A stretch of DNA of 64,000 nt. Source: an uncultured Granulosicoccaceae bacterium (GTDB lineage Bacteria; Pseudomonadota; Gammaproteobacteria; Granulosicoccales; Granulosicoccaceae). Positions 9,616 through 18,585 of the stretch are shown here, one piece after another. The notes beneath the pieces were generated by a model, which had not been told where the DNA came from, did no database searches, and saw only the letters and a program-made list of their open reading frames with translations. A program made the translations under genes and the position numbers. The DNA lies in assembly GCA_938007995.1 (NCBI GenBank), contig CALLLW010000012.1, forward strand, positions 47,379-111,378, read 5' to 3'. Each line of letters starts with the position of its first letter. Within the stretch, counting starts at the first letter, position 1.

Positions 9616-10444
9616 ACAGGTACGCGAATTTGGTGGTTGGCTCAAACGCTTTACGCACAAAAGCGACAGCTGCCACTGCGACATGACATTTTCTGTCTAT
9701 CTGCCACCTCAGGCAGAGCACGGCCCGGTACCGGTTCTGTACTACTTATCCGGGCTCACCTGCACCGATGACAACGTGCGGACCAAAGCCGGCGCACAGC
9801 GCTACGCCGCTGAGCACAATGTGGGGCTTGTCATGCCCGATACCAGCCCGCGCGGCGATGAGGTACATGACGAACCGGATCGCTACGACCTCGGCAAGGG
9901 TGCCGGTTTTTATGTTAGCGCCACGCAAAGCCCATGGGCGCAACACTATAATATGTATGACTACATCAGCCGTGAATTGCCGGCACTGATTGAACATCAT
10001 TTACCGGTCACCGATGTTCGCTCGATCTGCGGTCACTCGATGGGTGGCCACGGTGCGATGATCACAGCTCTGAAAAATCCCGGCCGCTATCAGTCAGTCT
10101 CCGCGTTTGCGCCAATTGCCAATCCGGTAAATTGCGCCTGGGGCCATGGCTGCTTCAGTGCCTACCTTGGCAGTGATAAGACCACCTGGGAAGCCTGGGA
10201 TAGTGTTTGCCTGCTGCAATCCGGCGCCAAATGCCCGCCGCTGTTGGTCGATCAGGGTGCTGCAGATAACTTTTTAGAAGAGCAGTTATCTTTCAACAAA
10301 CTTGAAGCGACGTGTCAGGCCCGCTCGCTGGATGCAACACTTCGGCTGCAAGATCACTACGACCACAGTTATCATTTTATTGCGTCGTTTATCGGCGAAC
10401 ATATCGCCTTCCACGCCGCCCACCTGCAGCAAAAACAAACATAA
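9602..10444 (+). CDS. fghA: S-formylglutathione hydrolase (esterase D family)
   Basis: 280 aa. FSVYLPPQ and YYLSGLTCTDDN are present, with the nucleophile elbow GHSMGGHGA and the DHSYHFI C-terminal motif. Confidence 0.85.
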   Translation: MQQTEQVREFGGWLKRFTHKSDSCHCDMTFSVYLPPQAEHGPVPVLYYLSGLTCTDDNVRTKAGAQRYAAEHNVGLVMPDTSPRGDEVHDEPDRYDLGKGAGFYVSATQSPWAQHYNMYDYISRELPALIEHHLPVTDVRSICGHSMGGHGAMITALKNPGRYQSVSAFAPIANPVNCAWGHGCFSAYLGSDKTTWEAWDSVCLLQSGAKCPPLLVDQGAADNFLEEQLSFNKLEATCQARSLDATLRLQDHYDHSYHFIASFIGEHIAFHAAHLQQKQT

Positions 10445-10629
10445 CCAGCAAGAGCAATACAGCCTTTCCCGCTCGTAAGCATTACAACCGCTCTTACACT
10501 GCCGGGACAGACACACATAGAACGCTTTTTGCCCTACAATTTCGTCACATAGTTATTTGTCAGGACATTTAAGACAGGTTTTACCGACCGGGTCTATTCG
10601 CTAACACACCTGACGATCGTGGCGAAGAA

Positions 10630-12141
10630 TTGTCTCGATCTTCTTTAAACCGCAATTCCCTGAGGTACATTTTGCTTACTTTCAAACGAATTTTTGCGCT
10701 AGGTTCGCTGGCGCTAATCGCTGCGTCATCACCGGCCAGCTACGCACAACTTCCCGCCTGCCAGAGCCCTTCATCAGATTCTGACGGCGACGGCTACGGC
10801 TGGGAAAACAACGCATCCTGCCTGGTCACCACTGCAACTTCCAGCCAGGCAAGTAACCAGAACAACAATCAGTCAGCATCCGCTTCTGGTCTGCGCAGCT
10901 GCGCTTCTGCATCAAGCGACCCGGACGGCGATGGTTATGGCTGGGAAAACAACGCTTCCTGTCTGGTCACCGCGTCTTCCGGTGCCGGCAATTCAAACGC
11001 TGCGCCCGCGGCGCCAATGGCTTTACCAGCGGCCTCGGGGCGTGTTGCCTGTGTCAGCGCAGCCAGCGATCCTGACGGAGATGGTTTTGGCTGGGAGAAC
11101 AACGCCACTTGTATTGTGTCAGCCAACAGCGCTGCGCCTGATACCATGACAGCACCGGCAGCCGTTCCTGCAGCACCGGTCACAGACAACAGCAACTCAG
11201 CAAACACCGGTAACTCTGGTAATCGCACATCCAGCCTGCCGATAGTCGCCAGCCGCTCTGCGACAGTCGATTCATCCGGTGGCGACCGGTTTGCAACCGA
11301 ACGGGTTGGTGATTTTCTGCTGATGCAAAACGCCTGGCGTGCAGAGGCTGCAGCACCCGGTCACGATTGGTCACAAACCATCCAGCTCAACAACAACGGT
11401 GCACCGGTCAGCTGGACTTACGACTGGGGTCCGGGCGTACCGGGAGCCAATGGTCGACCTTCGGCTGACTTTTTCGTTCGTTCCTATCCGGAACTGATCT
11501 TCGGTATAAAAGATGAGTTCCGCACCAGCGCACCAAAGGCAGAGATTGGCTTCCCGGTTCGGGTTGACAGCATACCAACTGTCAAAATCGACTATGCCTA
11601 CAATTCGCAGGAGTTCGGTGGATCCAGAACAGTTGATGCCTCCGTTACTCCACGTTTTCCAAACGGCACGACAATTCAGGGCGAAAGAAATGTTGCGGCA
11701 GAATCTTTTCTGTATGAATCCGTGAACGGCGTCTGCAATGACGACCTGCCGGTTGATCGCTCAAACGGTTCAAACCACACCTATGAAGTCATGGTCTGGC
11801 TTGATTCCGGTGCCGAGCGCTTGCCGGCAGCTTCGCGCAACTTTGTAACCACCATATCACTGCGCGGTGCCAACTATGATGTCTACACCAAGAGTGACGA
11901 CTCACGTTACATCGCGTTTGTTGCACAGAATCCGCAGACCAGCGGCACCATCTACTGGAACGATTTTCTGAACTGGGCACGGCTTAACGCTCACCGGGTT
12001 TCAGAGCAGTTCGGCGCGCTGGCCAATTCGGTACAGATTCAGGATTCCTGGTGTGTTGCCAACATATTGGTGGGTACCGAGATCTTCTGGGGTGCGGGCA
12101 GCTTTGATTTGTTTGAGTGGACCATCACACAAAGCCAGTAA
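10630..12141 (+). CDS. secreted GH12-like glycoside hydrolase with 3 N-terminal C..SDxDGDG[YF]GWEN..C modules
   Basis: 503 aa with a signal peptide (..LALIAASSPASYAQ). It has three 23-aa two-Cys modules. The C-terminal roughly 270 aa carry GH12-type motifs: QNAW, SYPELIFG, YEVMVWL (putative nucleophile Glu), YIAFVAQ and GTEIFWGAGSF (putative acid/base Glu). The TTG start is uncertain. Confidence 0.6.
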   Translation: MSRSSLNRNSLRYILLTFKRIFALGSLALIAASSPASYAQLPACQSPSSDSDGDGYGWENNASCLVTTATSSQASNQNNNQSASASGLRSCASASSDPDGDGYGWENNASCLVTASSGAGNSNAAPAAPMALPAASGRVACVSAASDPDGDGFGWENNATCIVSANSAAPDTMTAPAAVPAAPVTDNSNSANTGNSGNRTSSLPIVASRSATVDSSGGDRFATERVGDFLLMQNAWRAEAAAPGHDWSQTIQLNNNGAPVSWTYDWGPGVPGANGRPSADFFVRSYPELIFGIKDEFRTSAPKAEIGFPVRVDSIPTVKIDYAYNSQEFGGSRTVDASVTPRFPNGTTIQGERNVAAESFLYESVNGVCNDDLPVDRSNGSNHTYEVMVWLDSGAERLPAASRNFVTTISLRGANYDVYTKSDDSRYIAFVAQNPQTSGTIYWNDFLNWARLNAHRVSEQFGALANSVQIQDSWCVANILVGTEIFWGAGSFDLFEWTITQSQ

Positions 12142-12235
12142 CGACAACATAATTTATGGTGTAGAACAAAGATAAAGGGTCAAACACGCCGATAACTCAC
12201 AATCGGCACGCACTTGACCAGAAGTTGTAACTAAG

Positions 12236-12273
12236 CGGCAGTCAGGTCAACCACCTGACTGCCGTTTTTTTTT
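12236..12273 (+). terminator. rho-independent terminator
   Basis: A perfect 12-bp stem (cggcagtcaggt / acctgactgccg) with a 5-nt loop (caacc), followed by a T9 run. Confidence 0.8.
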
Positions 12274-12325
12274 GCCTGCCCGGAAACCTTGCTCTTTTTT
12301 CGTCATGACGTATAATGTGAATCCT

Positions 12326-13558
12326 ATGTTAAGAATTACCAATAATATTGCAGTAAATCTGCTTGCGTTGCTTGTAACAACCACGCTGATTTCAGCCTGC
12401 GGCAGCTCTTCTGACGCCCAGCCCGATAATCAATCCGGCACGACGCCCCCCGCCGATGCACCAGTTGCCGGAAGCAACGCCGGCTTGCTCAGCAGTGCAA
12501 CACCCAGGTTTTCATGGAATGCAGTTGAAGATGCCGATGCTTACCAGCTGTTGCTGACAGAAGCAGAAGGCAACACCATCACTTACGATGTTTCAACAGC
12601 GTCCTGTGCCGGTACAGAATGCAGCGTCACCCCGGGCGCGGCTTTTTATAACAATCAAATCAGCTGGCAGGTTAACGCGCTGATTAACAGCCTCGACAGT
12701 GAAGATGAACCTGTTATTCAACAGGCTGCCAGCGGCAATTATGCAACACCGCGATCATTCGATCTGACACCGGTTACATCAAATGAAGCCGTCTGTAGTG
12801 TCTGGCCTTCTATCTCTTACGACGATGTGATCATTCTGAATAACATCTGGAACGTTGGTACCGTCAACAGCAACGCTTGGTCACAAAAGATTGCCGCCAC
12901 TGCCGATGCCACTGGAAGCTCAAGCCCGATTGCATCGTGGACTTATGACTTTTTGTCAGAAACAGATGGCGACCGTACTGCGGTGAAAGCTTATCCGGAG
13001 ATCATCTACGGCAACAAGCTCGGTACTCATGTATCAGCCAGTAAAGCAGAAACCGGCCTGCCGGAAACAGTCACCAGCCTGCCGGAGTTCACTGTTGATT
13101 TTGCCTACAGCGAAACCTTTGATGGTGAAGTTGAACGCAACGTGGCACTTGAGTCTTTCTTTCACACCTCATGCGATATTACCGGCCCGTGCGATTTTGA
13201 TGATAATCGAGCGTATGAAATGATGGTGTGGGTTGCCAATCCCGAGTCTAATCGGCCGGGTGATCTGGCACTGACCGGCGTCAGCATTGACAACCGCTTG
13301 TGGGATGTCTACATCAAACCCCGCAGCGATAAAAAATATATTGCGTTTACCGCACAAACCCCTTTTACCGAAGGCACGTTGAACTGGAATCGTTTTGTTG
13401 AATGGACCATGCAATGGACCGCAGAAAACTCAGAGGCACTACAGATCAATGCATTAACACCTGATCTGTGTATGGCAGCCATCGAAATGGGCACAGAACT
13501 GTGGTGGGGCAAAGGCTCTTTCACGCTGGACCATTTTGAAGTGCGCAGAACTCAATAA
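12326..13558 (+). CDS. GH12-like glycoside hydrolase lipoprotein (no GWEN modules; N-terminal small Cys-containing domain)
   Basis: The lipoprotein signal is MLRITNNIAVNLLALLVTTTLISAC. The track start at 12272 lies inside the upstream terminator T-run, so I prefer the ATG at 12326 (alternative 12305). GH12-type motifs are LNNIWN, AYPEIIYG, YEMMVWV, YIAFTAQ and GTELWWGKGSF. Confidence 0.6.
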   Translation: MLRITNNIAVNLLALLVTTTLISACGSSSDAQPDNQSGTTPPADAPVAGSNAGLLSSATPRFSWNAVEDADAYQLLLTEAEGNTITYDVSTASCAGTECSVTPGAAFYNNQISWQVNALINSLDSEDEPVIQQAASGNYATPRSFDLTPVTSNEAVCSVWPSISYDDVIILNNIWNVGTVNSNAWSQKIAATADATGSSSPIASWTYDFLSETDGDRTAVKAYPEIIYGNKLGTHVSASKAETGLPETVTSLPEFTVDFAYSETFDGEVERNVALESFFHTSCDITGPCDFDDNRAYEMMVWVANPESNRPGDLALTGVSIDNRLWDVYIKPRSDKKYIAFTAQTPFTEGTLNWNRFVEWTMQWTAENSEALQINALTPDLCMAAIEMGTELWWGKGSFTLDHFEVRRTQ

Positions 13559-13663
13559 CTTAAAACCATACGTTCTCTACAAAAGCATTCAGCGACGCCA
13601 GTACAACTAGAATAACGCCAAAATACCACCCTGTTTCTCTGTATTCACAGTCTGGAGTTTGTT

Positions 13664-15511
13664 ATGAAAGTCAATAAAACGCTGCTTGCAATTGCAGCAG
13701 CAGTGGCAGCGTCATCAAATGCTTTTAACGTGCAGGCGCAGAGCCTCTCTCTGCCAACCTGTCAGTCGGCGACTTCAGATCCTGACGGTGATGGCTACGG
13801 ATGGGAGAATCGTAGCTCCTGTCGCGTTGCTTCAGTTGAAATAGACGCTGCTATCAATCCAGCTACCGCAAACAGCAGCAATTTGAATCAACCGGTCTTC
13901 TTCTGCCAGAGTGCAGCATCAGATTCAGATGGTGACGGGTTTGGATGGGAAAACAACCGGTCCTGTGTAGTGGCGGTTGACAGTGGCGATCTTCTGCCCG
14001 GCGCAGTAGAGTTCCGCGCCACTTGTCAGTCGGCTGACAGCGATCCGGATGGCGACGGATTTGGCTGGGAAAACAATCAAACCTGCGAGGTTGCTGGCGG
14101 CACAGCCCAAGAAAACAGCGTAAACAGCCAGATAACCAGCATTTGTAACTCATCTGCCAGCGACCCTGATGGCGATGGTTTCGGTTGGGAGAACAATCAA
14201 ACCTGTGTGGTATCAACCGACCTCGGCACTGATGACGACGGCACCGGCAGCGGATTTATTCCGCGTAACATTTGTACATTTGCCAGCAGTGATCCTGATG
14301 GTGACGGATTCGGCTGGGAGAATAACGCAACCTGCATCGTAAACAGCAGCAGCGTCGATGATGGTGGCGAACCACCGCCGGAAGAAAACTTTCCAGCAGA
14401 AAACTCTGCAGCAGAAAATATTGCAGAAGAAGATAACGCTTTTATAGCGCTCAGCCCTTCCGGCGTATTAGCCAGTGGCACACCGACTTTTCAGTGGCGT
14501 GCACTTGCCAATGCAGAGATGTACACACTGGCAGTTGCCGATTCAGCAGGCAACGGTTATGCGTTTGACATTGATCCTTTAACCGCTGGCTGTGCTGCCG
14601 GTGGCACCTGCTCTGCCACACCGGATCTCGCCTACTACGATAACGATCTTACCTGGCGTGTTAAGACTACTGTTGCAGGGACGGAAGGTCCGGAAACACA
14701 GCGTGTTTCCATTACCACACCGCAAAACATCAATGTACAGCCGGTTAAATCCGGTCAGTGCGAAGCATGGCCTTCAGTTGCTTATGACAACTTTATTGTC
14801 TTGAACAACTCCTGGAATTCAAGAGCCATGCATAGCAGTGACTGGACGCAAAAGATCTTCGTTCATGAAGATACACTCGGCAATGTAACTCCAACATGGA
14901 CCTACGACTGGCTCGGTCAGTTTGACGGTGGTGAGATCGATGTTAAAGCGTATCCTGAAGTGTTGTATGGACCGAAACTCGGCACACACATATCCGGTAC
15001 CAAAGAAGAAACCGGCTTGCCCGAGCTGGTACGTGATCTGCCCGAGTTCGTTGTAGATTACTCATACACAGAAACCGGTAACGCAGAACGTAACGTCGCG
15101 CTGGAATCTTTCTTCCACGACTCATGCAACATAGCCGGCCCATGCGATGAAGTAGACAACCGTGCTTATGAAATGATGATCTGGGTAGAAAACCCTTCCA
15201 TTAGAACACCGGGCCAACTGGCATTAACCGGTGTGATGGTTGATAACCGTTTGTGGAATGTATACATCAAACCGAACAGCAATAAGCACTACATTGCATT
15301 CACCGCACAGAACTCTCAGCCAAGCGGTACGATCAACTGGAACCGTTTTGTTGAATGGACTGCAGCATGGACTGCCGAAAATGCTGAAGATCTCGGCATT
15401 GATGTGCTCTCACCTGAGTTTTGCATGGGAGCTATCGAATTCGGCACAGAAATGTGGTGGGGTGAAGGATCATTTACTTTGAATCAATTCGACGTCTCAT
15501 TCTCACGTTGA
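13664..15511 (+). CDS. secreted GH12-like glycoside hydrolase with 5 C..SDxDGDG[YF]GWEN..C modules
   Basis: 615 aa. GGAG lies 7 nt upstream of the ATG, and there is a signal peptide (AAAVAASSNAFNVQA). It has five two-Cys modules and the same small domain as the previous gene (TPTFQWRALANAEMYTL...). The GH12-type core carries LNNSWN, AYPEVLYG, YEMMIWV, YIAFTAQ and GTEMWWGEGSF. Confidence 0.6.
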   Translation: MKVNKTLLAIAAAVAASSNAFNVQAQSLSLPTCQSATSDPDGDGYGWENRSSCRVASVEIDAAINPATANSSNLNQPVFFCQSAASDSDGDGFGWENNRSCVVAVDSGDLLPGAVEFRATCQSADSDPDGDGFGWENNQTCEVAGGTAQENSVNSQITSICNSSASDPDGDGFGWENNQTCVVSTDLGTDDDGTGSGFIPRNICTFASSDPDGDGFGWENNATCIVNSSSVDDGGEPPPEENFPAENSAAENIAEEDNAFIALSPSGVLASGTPTFQWRALANAEMYTLAVADSAGNGYAFDIDPLTAGCAAGGTCSATPDLAYYDNDLTWRVKTTVAGTEGPETQRVSITTPQNINVQPVKSGQCEAWPSVAYDNFIVLNNSWNSRAMHSSDWTQKIFVHEDTLGNVTPTWTYDWLGQFDGGEIDVKAYPEVLYGPKLGTHISGTKEETGLPELVRDLPEFVVDYSYTETGNAERNVALESFFHDSCNIAGPCDEVDNRAYEMMIWVENPSIRTPGQLALTGVMVDNRLWNVYIKPNSNKHYIAFTAQNSQPSGTINWNRFVEWTAAWTAENAEDLGIDVLSPEFCMGAIEFGTEMWWGEGSFTLNQFDVSFSR

Positions 15512-15675
15512 AGCACCACACAAATAAGTAAGGCTCGCGGTTAAAGTCAGTAGTCAACAAACTGCGATCATCATTTAATGATCGCAGCCACAAAACCCCA
15601 CCTCGGCTCTCTACCTTTTGAGGCCACCGTCGATAGGTTTGTCTAACGTCACTTTATCCGTCGGCAGAGGTTGAG

Positions 15676-15900
15676 ATGCAGAGCACACGGGAACATCTTG
15701 AATCGGTTAATGAAACCTACTTCGAGCACATGGCGCATGCCAGTGGCTTCGGCTTAAAGCTTATCTTCGCAGGCTTCGCCTGTTTACTGCACGGTTTATT
15801 TCCATCGCTCTGCTGCGCTACCGGCAGCAAGACAGTAAAAGACCTTCACGATGCGATGGTAGTAAACAGGGTGAAGACAGTAGACTGCAAACAGTCTTAG
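15676..15900 (+). CDS. DUF6356-like small membrane protein
   Basis: 74 aa. ETYFEHMAHASGFGLKLIFAGFACLLHGLFPSLCCATGSKTVKDLHDAMV matches my memory of the DUF6356 family pattern. Not verified. Confidence 0.45.
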   Translation: MQSTREHLESVNETYFEHMAHASGFGLKLIFAGFACLLHGLFPSLCCATGSKTVKDLHDAMVVNRVKTVDCKQS

Positions 15901-16468
15901 CGAGTTTTATCTGACTTCCATTCCAGGCTCCACACACTCACTTGGCACTCGGTAGCGTCACGGACCCACCCTTCAATCATTACCACAACTCCCAATTCTA
16001 CGCGACAGACGCCTACGTAGTGATACGTGTCATGGCGAGTACTGTTGCCGTCATCAACAATGCTACGGTCATTTGAGGCGTATCGTTGTTCATACGTAAC
16101 AAGTTCGATTGATCATTACCGTTGCCTTGGGCGTGCCGTTGCTGTCGGCGTACCGTCTATGGGCGCGTTCACAGCGCCCAGATGTTCTGCCACGCACACT
16201 CCTGGCTGGTGCAATTGCTGTAACCAGCAAAACTTCAGCTGTTTTTGTGAAAAAGTGCTTCAGCGACATCCTTTCTGCGTAATACACAAGCATATGAAGG
16301 CAAGGTTCAGTATGCTGGACGTACTCTAGCCTCAATTCAGCGAAGCACTCACACACTATCGCAGGATTCCCGGCAAGCTTGATCTTCGTTGTGCGTGATG
16401 TTGGAAAACATCACAAGCGAAGTCGAATACAGGCAAGTTCCTGCAGTCATCCATAGGAGTCATTAGAA

Positions 16469-17731
16469 ATGTCATTACCACTTAGTTTGCGCAGATGCGC
16501 CTTGTCAATGATTACAGCTGCCGCTCTATCGCTGGCAGTAGTTCCGTCAGTTTATGCAAACGGGCCCGTTATCACTGTTGTGGGCGAAAATACAGGCGAA
16601 CTGCAGCTCAATAATCCGGTGAGGTTTCAGGGCACTGCTGTTGATCCGGATGGCATCGGATTATTCTTTCCCGCTATCCAGAATGCCAGCACTGGCCGTT
16701 ACATTAACCAACAGGGTGGCAACAGCAATAAAGCGGAGAAATTAAAATTCAAATTCACCGGTGATCAATGGGTATCACAAAGCTTTAACTTGCCGCGTGG
16801 AAATTATGTCTTCAGCATTCGGGCACAGGACAAACGTAAAAATATTTCTCGATATGTAAAAGTTCCGTTTGTAGCAACCGGTGTGAAAGGTCCGGCGCTT
16901 GCTGCGGCTCCCGCTAACAATCAACGCCAACCGGCCAACAGCGGCACAAGTGCGGTACCCCGTATCGCCGTTCAATTTCCTAAAGACGGCGCGCGGCTCG
17001 ACAAGGCTTCTGCCTTCAGTGGTGTTGCTGCTGACGATCAGGCGGTTGCCGGAGTCATTGCAACTATCATGGATACGGCCACCGGCCAGTTTCTAGCCCC
17101 GAATGGCAAGTTCGCCCGCAGCGGGCAGTTCAAGATACGCACTGTGGGTGGCAAGAGTGCTCAGTGGTCGACGCCACAGGTGCAATTACCACCGGGCGAC
17201 TACATGCTGTCAGTTAAAGCGGTGGACAACAACAACCAGGAAAGCAGCTGGGCGCAAAGCAGATTTACTATTGTACAGCCGCAGCGAACCGCAACTGCAG
17301 CGGCACCCCAGGTTAACAACCAGACAAATAATCAGGTTGTGGCATCCAGCGCTGCAGCTAACGGCTTAGCCTATTGCGGCAATGGCAGTGCAGACGCAGA
17401 CGGCGACGGATACGGCTGGCAAAACCAGGCATCCTGCGTTGTGAAAGGTTCAAAGGCAGACACGCATCCTAACTGTGCCTCGGCGGCTTCTGATCCGGAT
17501 GGTGATGGCTACGGTTGGGAAAACGAAAAATCCTGCATCGTTGTGGTTCACTGCGCATCATCCAATTCAGACCCGGACGGCGACGGCTTTGGCTGGGAAA
17601 ACCAGCGCAGCTGCGTGGTGCTTAATACCACCGGCGGTGGTCAGTTTCCTCGCTGCGCGAATGGAGCTGCATCAGATCCGGATGGCGACGGCTACGGCTG
17701 GGAGAACAATGCGACTTGCCTGGTTAACTAA
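16469..17731 (+). CDS. secreted protein: 2 Ig-like beta-sandwich repeats plus 4 C..SDxDGDG[YF]GWEN..C modules, no catalytic domain recognised
   Basis: 420 aa. AGGAG lies upstream of the ATG, and there is a signal peptide (AALSLAVVPSVYA). Two internally homologous roughly 100-aa segments are present (..LPRGNYVFSIRAQDKRKNIS / ..LPPGDYMLSVKAVDNNNQES), followed by four two-Cys modules running to the very C-terminus. Confidence 0.7.
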   Translation: MSLPLSLRRCALSMITAAALSLAVVPSVYANGPVITVVGENTGELQLNNPVRFQGTAVDPDGIGLFFPAIQNASTGRYINQQGGNSNKAEKLKFKFTGDQWVSQSFNLPRGNYVFSIRAQDKRKNISRYVKVPFVATGVKGPALAAAPANNQRQPANSGTSAVPRIAVQFPKDGARLDKASAFSGVAADDQAVAGVIATIMDTATGQFLAPNGKFARSGQFKIRTVGGKSAQWSTPQVQLPPGDYMLSVKAVDNNNQESSWAQSRFTIVQPQRTATAAAPQVNNQTNNQVVASSAAANGLAYCGNGSADADGDGYGWQNQASCVVKGSKADTHPNCASAASDPDGDGYGWENEKSCIVVVHCASSNSDPDGDGFGWENQRSCVVLNTTGGGQFPRCANGAASDPDGDGYGWENNATCLVN

Positions 17732-17761
17732 CACCACCACAGCACTCTGCAGCGTAAAAGA

Positions 17762-17794
17762 GGCTGTCACCTGAACCGGGTGGCGGCCTTTTTT
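17762..17794 (+). terminator. rho-independent terminator
   Basis: A 10-bp stem (ggctgtcacc / ggtggcggcc, including two G-U pairs) with a 7-nt loop, followed by T6. Confidence 0.7.
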
Positions 17795-17901
17795 GTCGCT
17801 AATCGAGTATAGAAAACTTAACAACCGTATCTCCTTTACCGACTGCTAATTGGCGCTTGGCAAATGAGCGTCTATTATCCAAGGTGTCTCCTCTTTTGTG
17901 A

Positions 17902-18555
17902 TTGTCAGTGCCTGCCACCCCCGTCCAATTTATCGATCTGCTGAGCAGCTTCGTGTTCAAGCGTCGGCCAATGATCGTTGCTGTTGTACTGATTGCACTG
18001 AGCTCCTGCTCAACCCTGCCAATCAGCGCCACACAGAATATCTGCAATATTTTCAGCGTGAAAAACAGTTGGTATCGCTCTGCCAGTGATATGCAGGAAA
18101 AATGGAATATTCCGCTGCATGTGCCAATGGCGGTCATGTACCACGAGAGTAAGTTTCGCCGCAAAGCCAAGCCGCCAAGACGCTATGTGCTTGGAGTCAT
18201 ACCCGGCAAGCGACGCAGCTCGGCATACGGATACTCTCAGGCACTCGATTCCACCTGGGCGGCTTACGTTAACCAGACAAAAAGTTACGGTGCCAGTCGC
18301 ACCCACTTTGACGATGCGATTGATTTTGTCGGCTGGTATATGACCAAATCACATGCACTTGCGAAGATCGCGCACGACGACCCGTACAACCAGTACCTGG
18401 CGTACCACGAGGGCTGGACCGGTTATCGCAACGAATCATACAAAAGAAAGCCATGGCTGATGCGCGTTGCATCCGAAGTTGTCGCTACCGCAGACAACTA
18501 CAAACAGCAACTGCGTGGCTGCGAGGCATCACTCCAACGCAGACTCAGACGCTAG
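17902..18555 (+). CDS. SLT-type lytic transglycosylase-like lipoprotein
   Basis: A lipobox follows the internal Met (MIVAVVLIALSSCS), so the true start is probably near 17971. MAVMYHESKF provides the catalytic Glu context, and AYGYSQALDSTW is typical of SLT-domain proteins. Confidence 0.55.
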   Translation: MSVPATPVQFIDLLSSFVFKRRPMIVAVVLIALSSCSTLPISATQNICNIFSVKNSWYRSASDMQEKWNIPLHVPMAVMYHESKFRRKAKPPRRYVLGVIPGKRRSSAYGYSQALDSTWAAYVNQTKSYGASRTHFDDAIDFVGWYMTKSHALAKIAHDDPYNQYLAYHEGWTGYRNESYKRKPWLMRVASEVVATADNYKQQLRGCEASLQRRLRR

Positions 18556-18585
18556 CGTCTGCAGGGCCTGCCGAAGGGATGATAG

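Noticed and set aside
16027-16356. Overlapping 100-aa (plus) and 88-aa (minus) ORFs in the gap upstream of the 16469 gene
   Set aside because: There is no RBS and no recognisable family, and the two ORFs exclude each other. They are kept only as part of a possible pseudogene or leader region (see findings).
17799-18170. 123-aa minus-strand ORF
   Set aside because: It overlaps the 5' part of the SLT-type lipoprotein gene on the opposite strand. Its composition is odd and it shows no motifs.
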